The notes below the pieces were generated by a model, which did no database searches, had not been told where the DNA came from, and saw nothing but the letters and a program-made list of their open reading frames with translations. A DNA stretch of 64,000 nt from a candidate division WOR-3 bacterium (GTDB lineage: Bacteria > Hydrothermota > UBA3072 > B12-G15), in the NCBI GenBank assembly GCA_965649055.1, contig CBFGJG010000004.1, positions 18,343-82,342 of the forward strand, given 5' to 3'. The translations under genes were made by a program, and so were the position numbers. Positions 17,661 to 28,640 of this stretch are shown piece after piece; position 1 is the first letter of the stretch; each line of letters opens with the position of its first letter.

Positions 17661-18827
17661 ATGAAATCAAACCTTGAGAAAATAGGAGTTATATTCATAG
17701 GTCTTTCAGGTCTTTTTTCAATTCATTCTGTGACAATTATGTCATTTTTTTTGATACTTACATTGATTATTCTCTTTATTACTATTGATAAGCAAAAGTT
17801 AAAAAAGATTAAAAATAACAGATTCTTTATACCATTTTTATTACTTTTCATTTATCTTTTAATCCAGATTTTTTTATCAAAGAACAAGATGGTAGCAGTT
17901 AATTATACAAAAGGGTGGTGGACAATAATCTATCTTTTTATAATACCATTATTTGTTAATGATAGAAAAAAAAGAAATCTAATTTTATTTTTTTATATAA
18001 TAGGTGCAATACTTGGAATAGTCTGGGGATTTTACAAATATTTTACTTACTACATAAATTCAATATATAGATTAAGAGGATTTGGCGTTGGTATTCTACC
18101 ATTCGCATTATTTATGGGATTTGGGCTCCTGTGTTTTGTTTATTTTTTTATAAAGAAGAAAAAATATCTTTTTTTAATACCTATAACACTTTCATCCCTT
18201 GTAATTAATTTCTCAAGGTCCATAGGTCCATTTCTTTCACTATTCCCAGCTATTAGCGTTTTTATATTAGGAAAAGATAAGAAAGAAAGATTTTTTCAGA
18301 TTTTTTTATGCTTTATCATACTTATCCTGAGTTTCTTTTCTGTTGAAAAAACAATTGTTAAAGGTGTATCATATACAGAACCTGAAAAAATAACAAATGC
18401 AACTGCAAGAAAATTATACTGGAGATATTCATTGTATTGCTTTAAAAAATCACCAATTTTAGGTGTAAAAACAGGGGATTTCTGGACATATACTGATGAT
18501 TTTATTTCAAATAATATACTTACTGAATGGGAAATTAAACATATACAAAGAGCATTAAATACAAAGTTTCATGCTCATAATTTTTATATTGATACACTGG
18601 GTAGAACGGGTATAATAGGTTTTACATTGATATTAATTTTTATAGTTACATTTTTTTACGAAATTCTAAGGTATTATAAAAAAGATAATGAAAGGTCCAT
18701 TCTACTTTTATCTTCTTTAGTTTATATTTTATTTTATTCATTTACAGAAGACCCGTTTTTTAAATCTGATATGGCTTTTCCGCTATATTACATTTTTTGT
18801 TCAAACACAGGATATGATAATAATTAA
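17661..18827 (+). CDS. O-antigen ligase/Wzy_C family membrane protein
   Basis: Multi-TM; SRS, periplasmic R..YW, PILG, HAHNFY. Confidence 0.8.
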   Translation: MKSNLEKIGVIFIGLSGLFSIHSVTIMSFFLILTLIILFITIDKQKLKKIKNNRFFIPFLLLFIYLLIQIFLSKNKMVAVNYTKGWWTIIYLFIIPLFVNDRKKRNLILFFYIIGAILGIVWGFYKYFTYYINSIYRLRGFGVGILPFALFMGFGLLCFVYFFIKKKKYLFLIPITLSSLVINFSRSIGPFLSLFPAISVFILGKDKKERFFQIFLCFIILILSFFSVEKTIVKGVSYTEPEKITNATARKLYWRYSLYCFKKSPILGVKTGDFWTYTDDFISNNILTEWEIKHIQRALNTKFHAHNFYIDTLGRTGIIGFTLILIFIVTFFYEILRYYKKDNERSILLLSSLVYILFYSFTEDPFFKSDMAFPLYYIFCSNTGYDNN

Positions 18828-19560
18828 AACTGATGAAGAGATTAAAATAATAAGAAAGGCTTCAAGGATAACAGCAGAAACACTTGATTATTTAAAAGGA
18901 TTTTTAAAGGAAGGGATAACAACAAAAGAATTGGATAGAATAGCAGAAGATTTCATTCTGTCAAAAGGTGCAAAGCCTGCATTCAAAGGATACAGAGGTT
19001 ATCCTGCATCAATATGTGCATCGGTGAACAATGTTGTGATACACGGAATTCCAAATAATTATAGACTAAAAGATGGGGATATAATATCAATCGATATAGG
19101 TGTAAATTACAAAGGTTATTTTGGTGATGCTGCAAAGACGTTTCCCATCGGTAGGATTTCTGAGAATGCAAAGAAACTTTTAGATGTTACTGAAAATGCA
19201 CTTCTCATAGGAATAAAAAATGCATTACCAGGGAAAAGAACAGGGGATGTTGGAAGTGCGATTGAAGAATATGTGGAAAGTTTTGGTTTCAATGTTGTTA
19301 AGGATTTTTGCGGTCATGGGGTTGGAAAGATGTTACATGAAGAACCTGCAATACCGAATTTTGGGAAAAAAGGATTTGGTGTTGAGTTTCAGAAAAATAT
19401 GACTGTAGCAATAGAACCAATGGTTAATGAAGGTGTTTCTAATGTTATAATTTCTGAAGATGGTTGGACAGTCAGAACAATGGATGGACTTCTTTCAGCA
19501 CATTTTGAACATACGATATTGATAACTGAAGATGGTAATGAGATTCTAACAATTTTATAA
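18814..19560 (+). CDS. map: Methionine aminopeptidase type I
   Basis: SVNNVVIHGIP, GDIISID, GHGVG, HEEP, AIEPM, SAHFEHT. Confidence 0.97.
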   Translation: MIIIKTDEEIKIIRKASRITAETLDYLKGFLKEGITTKELDRIAEDFILSKGAKPAFKGYRGYPASICASVNNVVIHGIPNNYRLKDGDIISIDIGVNYKGYFGDAAKTFPIGRISENAKKLLDVTENALLIGIKNALPGKRTGDVGSAIEEYVESFGFNVVKDFCGHGVGKMLHEEPAIPNFGKKGFGVEFQKNMTVAIEPMVNEGVSNVIISEDGWTVRTMDGLLSAHFEHTILITEDGNEILTIL

Positions 19561-19568
19561 GAATTGTT

Positions 19569-20360
19569 CTAACATTCAGTCCAAAGTTTTTTCCTAAATC
19601 CTTCAAGAGGTTCTTCTGGAAGTTTTTTGAAGGTTGCGAATGTATTAAATTTTATCTCATCTAATGTATTTCTGAAATTTTCTTCCCTTGCTATATGATG
19701 GTCAATTATTATATTTGGACAATCTTCCAATATCTTAAAAATATTATCTAAAAAGGGTCTTTTTAATCTCCTATCAATATATAATGGAGGTCCGTCAAGT
19801 ATTAAAATATCAGGTTTTTTTGATATTATAAAGTCTGTCTGATTTTTGAATATTGGCCCGGATATATCCGATGAATAAAGCATCTTAAAACCATTCTCTT
19901 CTATTACCGTTGATATTACTGTTGCAGGTGTATTGCCGTGTGGCAATGGTTTTGAGAATGTAATTTTTGTATTCTTTATTTTGAAATCCTTACCATCACC
20001 TATTTCATATTCGTTTATAATGTTTGTTATTTCTTTTGAACGTTCTTTTTGCATATAATTTACATTTCTATAGTCCTTTAAAATCAACATCTTTCCCTTG
20101 AAAAGTGGTATAAAATCTTTTGTGAAATGGTCATGGTGAAAATGTGTTATAATTACAATATCAGAAATTTTCAAATAATTTTTTATATTTTCTTTAAGTT
20201 CAAAGAATCTGTCTATTTCCATTTTATGTGGTGGGAGGGAAAATCTGTCAGGTGAAAGGTCAATACCGGGGTCAATAATTATTTTCAGGTCTTCTGTCTT
20301 TATGAATACACAGAAACTTCTTACACCCATACTGTCTGATGCAAGAGGAACTATCTCCAT
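19569..20360 (-). CDS. Metallo-beta-lactamase fold hydrolase (UPF0282-like)
   Basis: LASDSMGVRS, IDPG, THFHHDH, PLPHG, SSDISG, DGPP, DHH. Start set at ATG 20360. Confidence 0.8.
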   Translation of the reverse strand: MEIVPLASDSMGVRSFCVFIKTEDLKIIIDPGIDLSPDRFSLPPHKMEIDRFFELKENIKNYLKISDIVIITHFHHDHFTKDFIPLFKGKMLILKDYRNVNYMQKERSKEITNIINEYEIGDGKDFKIKNTKITFSKPLPHGNTPATVISTVIEENGFKMLYSSDISGPIFKNQTDFIISKKPDILILDGPPLYIDRRLKRPFLDNIFKILEDCPNIIIDHHIAREENFRNTLDEIKFNTFATFKKLPEEPLEGFRKKLWTEC

Positions 20361-20522
20361 ATTAGTATAATAACAAGGAATTTTGATTTTCAAAGAATTT
20401 TATATTTAATTGTATAAAATATTTTAAGCTAAATTTTACATAGAATTTGTAAAATTTGTGTTAAATAATCTGGGAAAAATTTACATATTGAAAATTTAGA
20501 TTTTTTATTTATAATTAGTAAT

Positions 20523-21383
20523 ATGAAAAAAGCTTCGGTTGTTATACCAGTTTACAATTCTGAAAAATTTATTTATCATACATTATCTTCTGCACTATCA
20601 CAGAGTTATAAGAACCTTGAAATAGTTATAGTGGATGATACATCAAAAGATAATACCGAAAAAATTATAAAGGAAAATTTTAGTAATGAGTTAAATTCAA
20701 AAAAAATTATTTATATAAAAAATAAAGAAAACCTTGAAAGATGCGAAAGCAGAAATATAGGAGTAAAATATTCAGGTGGGGATTATATATTTTTTCTTGA
20801 CCACGATGATATGTATAAGGAAGATTATATTAAATCTGTTATACCATATTTCAATGAATATGATTTGATTTATTCAATCCCGAGAAGTTTCATAGATGAA
20901 GACAATAAGATAATAAGGGTCTCTAAAATGAAGTATAAGGAAATTGGTGAAGAAATATTCTCCGGGAATATAGGCTACTCAATTGGAATAGCAATCAGGA
21001 AAGAGTGTTTTACAGGATTCAATAAGGATTTTTTATACAGGGAAGACTGGGAGTTCATTATCAGAAATTATATGGAGGGGAAGAAGATAAAAATTCTTGA
21101 TAATGATAAAATCTTTATTAGAGAACATAATAAAAGGACTGGGAATGATTTTAGATATTGTGTTGCAACATTGAATATTCTGGAATCTTATTTTGAGAAA
21201 ATAGAGAATAAATACAGACCTTTTATGCTTTTCCATGCAGGAGAAACATGTTTAAGATTTGGTAGATTTCTTGAAGGTTGGAAGATGGTTATTTTGGCAT
21301 CAATGATTAACAGCGAAACATTGCTCAAAAAAAGACAATTAGGGAATTTGTTAAAATGGGGGTTGAGATTAAAGAGAATATAA
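20523..21383 (+). CDS. Glycosyltransferase family 2
   Basis: SVVIPVYN, IVDD.S.D, RN.G, FLDHDD, EDWEF. Confidence 0.92.
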   Translation: MKKASVVIPVYNSEKFIYHTLSSALSQSYKNLEIVIVDDTSKDNTEKIIKENFSNELNSKKIIYIKNKENLERCESRNIGVKYSGGDYIFFLDHDDMYKEDYIKSVIPYFNEYDLIYSIPRSFIDEDNKIIRVSKMKYKEIGEEIFSGNIGYSIGIAIRKECFTGFNKDFLYREDWEFIIRNYMEGKKIKILDNDKIFIREHNKRTGNDFRYCVATLNILESYFEKIENKYRPFMLFHAGETCLRFGRFLEGWKMVILASMINSETLLKKRQLGNLLKWGLRLKRI

Positions 21384-24142
21384 AGAAAGTCCTTGCTTCT
21401 GCAGGTGGAGGAAAGACAACAAGATTATCTACAGAATTTATTTCGATTTTGAAAAACAATCCTTATAGTTTAAGAAATATCCTTGCAATCACATTTACAA
21501 ATAAAGCAGCAAATGAGATGAAGAAAAGGATATTGGAAAATTTGAAAGAAGAAGCGATTCAAAAAAAAGATAAATTAGCAGAAATCCTTGTGGATAATAT
21601 AATTAATAATTTCAGTGATTTCTCAATTAAGACAATAGATAGTTTTATACATTCAATGATAAGAGCGTTTCAGTATGAACTGGGACTTAATCTCGAAACA
21701 GAGGTTAAACTTGATGTAGAGAGGTATTATGAAATTGCGTTTGAGAGGTTGATGGAACTTTCATTAGAAGACGAAAAAATAAAAGAGATATTTATCAAAT
21801 ATGCAGATTATTATTTTGAAGACGCAAAAGGATTGCGTTTCTGGGAAAATATGTATGAAAAACTGAAAAAAATGTTAAAGGATATTTTTGATAAGGAAAT
21901 TAAACTAAGAGGATTTGATAGAGCAGATGATTTAACATCTGTATCCAATTTTACATATTGTCTTCATAACCTGATAAATAAATACATTGGTTGCATAAAT
22001 GAAATAGAGAAAGAAGAAAACATAATACTTATCGAAAGATTCGGGGACTATATAAGAAGGTTATTCGATATTTATCAAGATATACCATTTATATATTACA
22101 AGATAGGAAGTAGATTCAGACATATTCTTATAGATGAATTTCAGGATACAAGCATAGTTCAATGGAATAATATTGAACCTATAGTCCATAATATTATTTC
22201 TGAAGGCGGGACATTTTTCTATGTCGGTGACCCAAAACAATCAATATACCAGTGGCGCGGAGGAACCCCTGCCCTTTTTGAAGAGGTGAAAGAGAAATTT
22301 AAAAATTACGGTGTTAAAGAAGAAAATCTTGATATAAACTATAGGTCAAGGGAAATTATAGTTAAATTCGTAATGGATATTTTTAATATTGAGAACATTA
22401 AAGATATAAAAAATAATATTAAAGATAAGGATATTTCTGAGAGTATTTTTGAAGAGTTTGAATTACATATACAACATTTCGAGAATGTTGAACAGAAAAT
22501 TAGAGATGATAAAAAAGATAGTGGATATGTTGTTATTAAGAAAAAAAATGAATCAGAGATAGAAAATTCGATTGTTGAAGAATTGAAAGAGATAAATAAG
22601 AGAAGGAATTATTCAGATATAGCAATACTGGTTCGAACAAATAAACAGGTAAGTGATATTGTAAAGATTCTGAGTATGAATGGAATACCATATTATACAA
22701 GGGAAAATCTTGATGTTTTTGAAAATGAAATTGTAAGGGAAATAATATCATTTTTGAAATTTATAAATACACCTAACGATAATCTCTCATTCTTTAATTT
22801 TATAACAGGGAAATGTTTTCTTAAGGTATCTGGTATTGAAAAGGATTTTATCATCGAAAAGTTTCTCGATTGTAAAGATAAATATTTCTATTCATACTTT
22901 CAGAAGATTTTTGAAAAAGAGTGGGAAAAATTTATAAAGCCATATTTTAATAGATTTGGATATATTCCTTTATATGAACTTATAATTGAATTTATTCGAG
23001 ATTACAAAATATATGAAAATTTTAAAAACGAGATAGGGTTTGTAGAGGCATTCCTTGAATATATTTATAAAATAAAAGATTATGGGAATGATATTTCTAC
23101 TATTATAGAAAAAATAAATGAAGAAAAGGTTAAGATTAATCAGGGAATATATGAAAATGCAGTTACTGTATCAACCGTTCATTCTGTAAAAGGTCTTGAA
23201 TTCCCTGTTGTTTTTTTACCTTATCTTGAATACACTTTGGATCAGAAGTATATTCCTAAAGAATTTTTTATTGGTGAAAATGATAAGATATTTGTAAGGT
23301 TTAAAGATGAAAATGAAAAAAACAAAGAAGAAACAGAATGTTTAAAAACTGAAGAAAACATTTATAAAGAAACCATAAAAAATGAATATTATAAAAATGC
23401 TGTCCGTATACTTTCAGAAGAAATTAATTTGCTTTATGTCGCATTAACAAGGGCAAAGGATGAATTATATATTTATTATACAACCGCAGAAAAAAATGAA
23501 ATAAAATTAACTTATAAAGGTCTCGGGAAGTTATGGAACTTAATTATTAATAAGTATATGTCTGAAAAAGGCGAAGAATTAAAAATTGGAGACCCAATAA
23601 CCAAGAAAAGTGAGGAAAAAGGAGTTGAATATTTTTACCCTGAAAGAAAATCAGGTTATGATGATATGATTAAGTCGATTGTAATAAAAAAGAAAGAAAC
23701 TTTTATTGAAGAAGAAAAAATTGGAGAGGCATTCCACAAGGTCTTGGGAAATGTTTACAATATAAACGAGGAAGATATATTTAACGAACTTGAATACGTT
23801 GTTAATTGTATGTTCCCAAAAAATAAAAGAGAATACTATAAAGAAAAAATAAAAGCGTTATTAAAAAGTTTAATTGAATGGCAAGAAATTAAAGAAATTT
23901 TAATGGGTGATGAGATTCTTTTAGAGAAATGGGGTTGCGACGAAGATGGTATGTTAAGGATTGACAGAATTATATTTGATGGTGATAATATAAGGATTAT
24001 AGATTTTAAGACAGGAAAGGAAAATACAGAAGATAAAAAGCAGATTGAAAGATACAAAAGATTCATAAAAAGTGTTCACAAAGATAAAAAGATAAAAGGT
24101 TTCTTGATTTATGTGTTAGATAGAAAAATCGAGGAGGTGTAA
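21356..24142 (+). CDS. addA: AddA/UvrD-type helicase-nuclease
   Basis: ASAGGGKT, TFTNKAA.EM, IDEFQDT, VGDPKQSIYQWRG, NYRS, TVHSVKGLEF, YVALTRA, C-terminal RIDR...IDFKTG. Confidence 0.88.
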   Translation: MGVEIKENIKKVLASAGGGKTTRLSTEFISILKNNPYSLRNILAITFTNKAANEMKKRILENLKEEAIQKKDKLAEILVDNIINNFSDFSIKTIDSFIHSMIRAFQYELGLNLETEVKLDVERYYEIAFERLMELSLEDEKIKEIFIKYADYYFEDAKGLRFWENMYEKLKKMLKDIFDKEIKLRGFDRADDLTSVSNFTYCLHNLINKYIGCINEIEKEENIILIERFGDYIRRLFDIYQDIPFIYYKIGSRFRHILIDEFQDTSIVQWNNIEPIVHNIISEGGTFFYVGDPKQSIYQWRGGTPALFEEVKEKFKNYGVKEENLDINYRSREIIVKFVMDIFNIENIKDIKNNIKDKDISESIFEEFELHIQHFENVEQKIRDDKKDSGYVVIKKKNESEIENSIVEELKEINKRRNYSDIAILVRTNKQVSDIVKILSMNGIPYYTRENLDVFENEIVREIISFLKFINTPNDNLSFFNFITGKCFLKVSGIEKDFIIEKFLDCKDKYFYSYFQKIFEKEWEKFIKPYFNRFGYIPLYELIIEFIRDYKIYENFKNEIGFVEAFLEYIYKIKDYGNDISTIIEKINEEKVKINQGIYENAVTVSTVHSVKGLEFPVVFLPYLEYTLDQKYIPKEFFIGENDKIFVRFKDENEKNKEETECLKTEENIYKETIKNEYYKNAVRILSEEINLLYVALTRAKDELYIYYTTAEKNEIKLTYKGLGKLWNLIINKYMSEKGEELKIGDPITKKSEEKGVEYFYPERKSGYDDMIKSIVIKKKETFIEEEKIGEAFHKVLGNVYNINEEDIFNELEYVVNCMFPKNKREYYKEKIKALLKSLIEWQEIKEILMGDEILLEKWGCDEDGMLRIDRIIFDGDNIRIIDFKTGKENTEDKKQIERYKRFIKSVHKDKKIKGFLIYVLDRKIEEV

Positions 24143-24143
24143 T

Positions 24144-26990
24144 ATAGAAGTATTTGTTATTCCTTTTAAATCAAATTTTTTAAAAAACACTGCTAAATTT
24201 TTAATAGAGAGATACGGAGATAAAATTTCAGATATAAAAATAATATTCCCCAATAAAAGACCAGGAATCTATATTCTTGAAGAAATAAAAAAAATATTAA
24301 AAAAGCCATTTTTTCCACCAGATGTATTATCAATAAATGAGTTTGTATTTAATCTTTATACCATAGATTTCAAGGATAAAAGACTTTGTGATAATGAAGA
24401 AGAACTGGTCTATCTTATTTATAAATCAGCAAAAGAAATAGATGATGAGAAATTTTTTAATAAAGAGATACTTGAATCTTTTGATGATTTCTACCTTTTT
24501 GGGAAAGCACTTCTTGGTGTAATAAACGATATGGAAATATTTCATGTTGACTATAATAAGATTGAAGAATATACAAAGTATGAGGATGATAACATTAATA
24601 AATACACAATTAAACTTTTAAATAATATTTCAAAGATTATGAATAATTTCTATGATTATCTTGATAAGGAAAAAATTTTCTTCAGAGGCCAGGCATATAA
24701 GTATGTATCAAAAAATTTAAAAAATCAAAACTATAGAATAGCATTCTGTGGATTCAATGCTCTGAATAAATCCGAAGAGATAATAATGAAACATTTTCTT
24801 GAACAGGATTCAATAATGATTCTACAGAGCAATGTAGATGAATGGGAAAAAGATGTTAACTCTCCATTCTATTTCCATAACCTTCTTAAAGAAAAATGGG
24901 GATTTAATCCAGAGATTATTTGTGAGGAAGAGATAAAAGAAACAGAAATAAATATTTTTGAAGCACCTTATATTCACTCAGAGGTTCTCGCATTAAAAGA
25001 TATTAATAAAGAAAACACTGCTATAGTTCTTCCTGATAATAATACATTATTACCTGTTATATATAGGGTAAAAGATTTATCAATAGATAAATTTAATGTA
25101 TCAATGGGATTTCCCTTTGCAATGACTCCTGTCTATTCTCTTTTTAAGGTATTTATAAAGATTTTCTTAAATATGGATGATCGCAAGATATATATAAGAG
25201 ATTATATTGATTTTATCAGGAATCCCTATATTAAAAGATTAAAAATAAAAAATATTGAAATATCAGAAATTATTTACATTGTAGAAAGAAAACTGATGGA
25301 TAACCATAAAAATTTTGGATTGTCCTTTGCAAGCATTGAGGATATTGAAGATATCGTGCGTAATAATTTAGAAGAAAATAAAAGATTTGAATATTTTAAA
25401 GAATTTAATAGTAAATTCATAAAAATCTTCAAAAATGTTAAAAGCGTAAGAGAAATTACCGAGAATTTACTAAATGTTTTTAAATTCATTTTTGATAATC
25501 AAGATTACAAAGATAATATTTTTTTAAATCAATTTCTTTCTGTATTTTTTGATAAACTTGAAAATATTTCGAATTCTTTGATAGGGGAATATGTTTCCAC
25601 GGATAAGAAGGGAATGTGGAATCTAATAGATATGATTGTAAAAGATATTACTATACCATTTTCAGGAGAACCACTTGTAGGGCTACAGATTCTTGGATTT
25701 CTTGAAACAAGGTGCCTTAACTTTGATAATGTTTATATGCTTGATGTTAATGAGGGTATAATACCTAAAAATAAAAAAATAGATCCTATTTTACCATTTG
25801 AATTAAGATGTGCTATTGGTCTTCCGGATTATAAACAGGATGAATCAATGTTTGCTTATAATTTTTACAGACTTATATACGGTGCAAAAAATGTCTGTCT
25901 TATTTATACAAATGCAGAAACAGGTGAAACGGATAATTACAGGAGCAGATTTATTGAGAAGATTATATGGGAAAATGAAAAAATGAATAAAAAAATTGAA
26001 GTAAGTAATATTGTATTACCAGCAAATTATATAAAGAAGGAAAAATATGAATATAAGAAAAACGAAAAATTGATGGAGATTCTTAAAAATGAAGTTTATT
26101 CAGGGACAAAACTTGATACTTATCTTAGATGCCCAATGAAATTCTTGTTGAGATATGTTTTGAAAATAGAATCTCCGGTAGAGATAGAAGATGATATTAA
26201 AGGAGATAAGATAGGTATTTTTGTTCATAAATTGTTTAAAGTTTATTTCGAGCCTTTCATCGGTAAGAAGGCAAATGAAAAAGATAAAAATGGATTCTTT
26301 TTAATTTTTGACAATGAATTTGATGAATTTTTCAAAGAATACGATAAAACAAAAAAGATATTTCTTAAAGAAGCACTCAAACGGAGATTAGAAAAAATGT
26401 ATCAGACTATTGATAATATTAATAGTGAAAAAATCTGTTATCTTGAGAAAGAAATAGAAAGCACAATTACCTTAAATGGTAAGGAAATAAAATTAAAAGG
26501 CATAATGGACAGAATAGATATGTCGGTTGATAATTGTTACATAATAATAGATTATAAGACAGGCTCTAATGTTGAAACGCCTAAAAAATTAGACAACATA
26601 AAAAAGGAAATCGAAAAAGCAAATAAGTTTTTATCGAGAGAGGAAGTTGAAAAAAATATTAAAACATTACAACCTTCATGTTACATATATCTTTTTTCAA
26701 GATATAAAAATATCAGTCCTGAAAAAATAAAATTTTATTTTGTAAGATTCAATGAAATAAAAAAAGTAAGTCCTTGTAATAGCAATAAAGGTGAAAACAA
26801 AAAAGACGAAAATGAATTTAAAGAATATTTAAATTATCCAGAATACCTTGGATATCTTGAAAATGGATTAAAATTTGTCCTTTCGGAAATATTAGACCCT
26901 GAAATACCATTTTATATGACGGATAATGAAAAAACCTGTTTAAATTGTGATTATGTGTATTTTTGCGGAAAGAAGAAAAAGGATTATTAG
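24144..26990 (+). CDS. addB: AddB-like inactive helicase / PD-(D/E)XK nuclease with Fe-S cysteines; ATA start
   Basis: Frame is open 129 codons upstream of ATG 24531 (IEVFVIPFKSNFLK...IIFPNKRPG). LQILGFLETR.LNF, NEG.IP, RCP, G.MDRID, IIDYKTG, C-terminal CLNCDYVYFC. Confidence 0.82.
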   Translation: MEVFVIPFKSNFLKNTAKFLIERYGDKISDIKIIFPNKRPGIYILEEIKKILKKPFFPPDVLSINEFVFNLYTIDFKDKRLCDNEEELVYLIYKSAKEIDDEKFFNKEILESFDDFYLFGKALLGVINDMEIFHVDYNKIEEYTKYEDDNINKYTIKLLNNISKIMNNFYDYLDKEKIFFRGQAYKYVSKNLKNQNYRIAFCGFNALNKSEEIIMKHFLEQDSIMILQSNVDEWEKDVNSPFYFHNLLKEKWGFNPEIICEEEIKETEINIFEAPYIHSEVLALKDINKENTAIVLPDNNTLLPVIYRVKDLSIDKFNVSMGFPFAMTPVYSLFKVFIKIFLNMDDRKIYIRDYIDFIRNPYIKRLKIKNIEISEIIYIVERKLMDNHKNFGLSFASIEDIEDIVRNNLEENKRFEYFKEFNSKFIKIFKNVKSVREITENLLNVFKFIFDNQDYKDNIFLNQFLSVFFDKLENISNSLIGEYVSTDKKGMWNLIDMIVKDITIPFSGEPLVGLQILGFLETRCLNFDNVYMLDVNEGIIPKNKKIDPILPFELRCAIGLPDYKQDESMFAYNFYRLIYGAKNVCLIYTNAETGETDNYRSRFIEKIIWENEKMNKKIEVSNIVLPANYIKKEKYEYKKNEKLMEILKNEVYSGTKLDTYLRCPMKFLLRYVLKIESPVEIEDDIKGDKIGIFVHKLFKVYFEPFIGKKANEKDKNGFFLIFDNEFDEFFKEYDKTKKIFLKEALKRRLEKMYQTIDNINSEKICYLEKEIESTITLNGKEIKLKGIMDRIDMSVDNCYIIIDYKTGSNVETPKKLDNIKKEIEKANKFLSREEVEKNIKTLQPSCYIYLFSRYKNISPEKIKFYFVRFNEIKKVSPCNSNKGENKKDENEFKEYLNYPEYLGYLENGLKFVLSEILDPEIPFYMTDNEKTCLNCDYVYFCGKKKKDY

Positions 26991-28264
26991 ATTTCTACAG
27001 GCATACCAAGTAGATATCCTTGACCATAAAGAATCCCGTGTTCCTTCAAAAATTCAAGGTCTCTTTCATTTTCTATTCCTTCTGCAATCATTATTGAACC
27101 AATTTTATTGGAGAACTCAAGCATTGATTTCAAAAGTTCCTGTCTAATAAGGTCTTCTGATATATTTTTTATGAGTGTTTTATCATATTTTAAATATTTA
27201 GGTTTTATCTCTGCTATCCTTTCAAGTGTTGAATAACCTGTTCCTACATCATCAAGTGCTATCTCAAAATTGAGATTCTTTAACTTGTCTATGAATTCAC
27301 CATAAATATTTTTTTCATATATCACAAATTTCTCAGTTATTTCAAATACAATCTTTTTATCATTGGTAATTTCTTTAGAGAAATTTCTTAAAAAGTCCCC
27401 CTTGAACATATTAGGTATAAAATTAGGTGTAACATTAAGAAATAATCTTTTATCTTTTTTTATGTTTTCCGTTTTCATTAAAGCCTTTGAAAGGCAGATT
27501 TTCTCAAGTTCGTTTATCAGCGTGGATTTTGCCGCAAGGCTGAATATAATATCAGGTTCAAAGAAATAAGAATTTTTAGGACCCCTTGATAGTGCTTCAA
27601 AGCCAAATATTTCATTATTAGAAAGTTCATAAATTGGCTGGAAGTAAGTAAAAATATTCTGTTTTTTAATAATATTTTTCAATTCGTTTAAAAGTTCTTC
27701 TTCACTTCTTTTTTCTTTAAAATATGCTGAGAATCTTGCATTTTCAGTTGCCTGATATATTATTCTCTCTATTCTCATCATAGGTTCAAAAGTAAATATC
27801 TTATAACCGAAATAGAAAACTATTTTACTCCAAAGGTTTGAAATTTCTTGATTCACCTTTATATTCAAAAGACATTTCTGTATTTCAGAAATTGTTTTTT
27901 CCGCGAATTCTGAACTGATTTCTTCATTTGTATTTTCTTCCGAGAAGAAGATAAATAACCCGTCACTTTTTATTGATGATATTGCAATTATCGGCGGAAC
28001 CTTAAATGATTTGGATAAGCATTCTTTTACATTTCTCGCAAATAACTTGATTGCATTGTCATAAGCTTCCCATCCATATATCTGCTCAAGCATATTCTCT
28101 CTTCCAATTGTCATATATATACAGCATATACTTCTATTTTTCGTAATCATTCTTCTCAGGTTTTCAAATTCTATGTTCAATGTTGGAAGAGATGTGTTTT
28201 CATCATAGAGGGCACTTTTAAATCGCAGAATATCCGCTTTTAATTTTAAAATTTCCTTATCCAT
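26987..28264 (-). CDS. EAL c-di-GMP phosphodiesterase with a degenerate GGDEF-like N-domain
   Basis: FQPI, GFEALSR, FEITE, LDDVGTGYS, K.DK, AEGIE, GQGY. Confidence 0.9.
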   Translation of the reverse strand: MDKEILKLKADILRFKSALYDENTSLPTLNIEFENLRRMITKNRSICCIYMTIGRENMLEQIYGWEAYDNAIKLFARNVKECLSKSFKVPPIIAISSIKSDGLFIFFSEENTNEEISSEFAEKTISEIQKCLLNIKVNQEISNLWSKIVFYFGYKIFTFEPMMRIERIIYQATENARFSAYFKEKRSEEELLNELKNIIKKQNIFTYFQPIYELSNNEIFGFEALSRGPKNSYFFEPDIIFSLAAKSTLINELEKICLSKALMKTENIKKDKRLFLNVTPNFIPNMFKGDFLRNFSKEITNDKKIVFEITEKFVIYEKNIYGEFIDKLKNLNFEIALDDVGTGYSTLERIAEIKPKYLKYDKTLIKNISEDLIRQELLKSMLEFSNKIGSIMIAEGIENERDLEFLKEHGILYGQGYLLGMPVEI

Positions 28265-28640
28265 TTTCTATCTTCCTGAAAATCTGTTCAATTCTTTTTA
28301 TCAATTCATCAGAGGTAAAAGGTTTACAGATATAATCAATTGCACCTTCCTTAAGACCAATTATCTTATCATGTGCGTCAAGCCTTGCAGTGATAAAAGC
28401 AACAGGTATATCTCTGAAATTTTCATCTGATTTTAACATATTTTTAAAACTGAAACCATCTATTTCAGGCAACATAATATCAAGTAATATCAAATCAACC
28501 CTGTTCTTTTGCAGTATCATCAAAGCATCATTCACATTTGTTGATGTGAATGTGGCATAATTTGCATCATTCAACACCATAGAAACAAAGTTTAAAATAT
28601 CTTCTTCATCATCAATTATTAGTATTTTTTTTCTTTTCAT
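28257..28640 (-). CDS. Single-domain response regulator receiver
   Basis: ILIIDD, LLDIMLP, FITA, KPF. Confidence 0.92.
   Translation of the reverse strand: MKRKKILIIDDEEDILNFVSMVLNDANYATFTSTNVNDALMILQKNRVDLILLDIMLPEIDGFSFKNMLKSDENFRDIPVAFITARLDAHDKIIGLKEGAIDYICKPFTSDELIKRIEQIFRKIENG

Noticed and set aside
21356..26990. Helicase plus Cas4-like Fe-S nuclease as cas or defence genes for the orphan array
   Set aside because: Motifs and pairing fit the housekeeping AddAB repair complex; no Cas1, Cas3 HD or RAMP motifs.
28257..28640. Lone receiver as the missing CheY of the che cluster
   Set aside because: It is coupled to its own histidine kinase and EAL gene about 20 kb away; nothing links it to the che genes, though cross-talk cannot be excluded.
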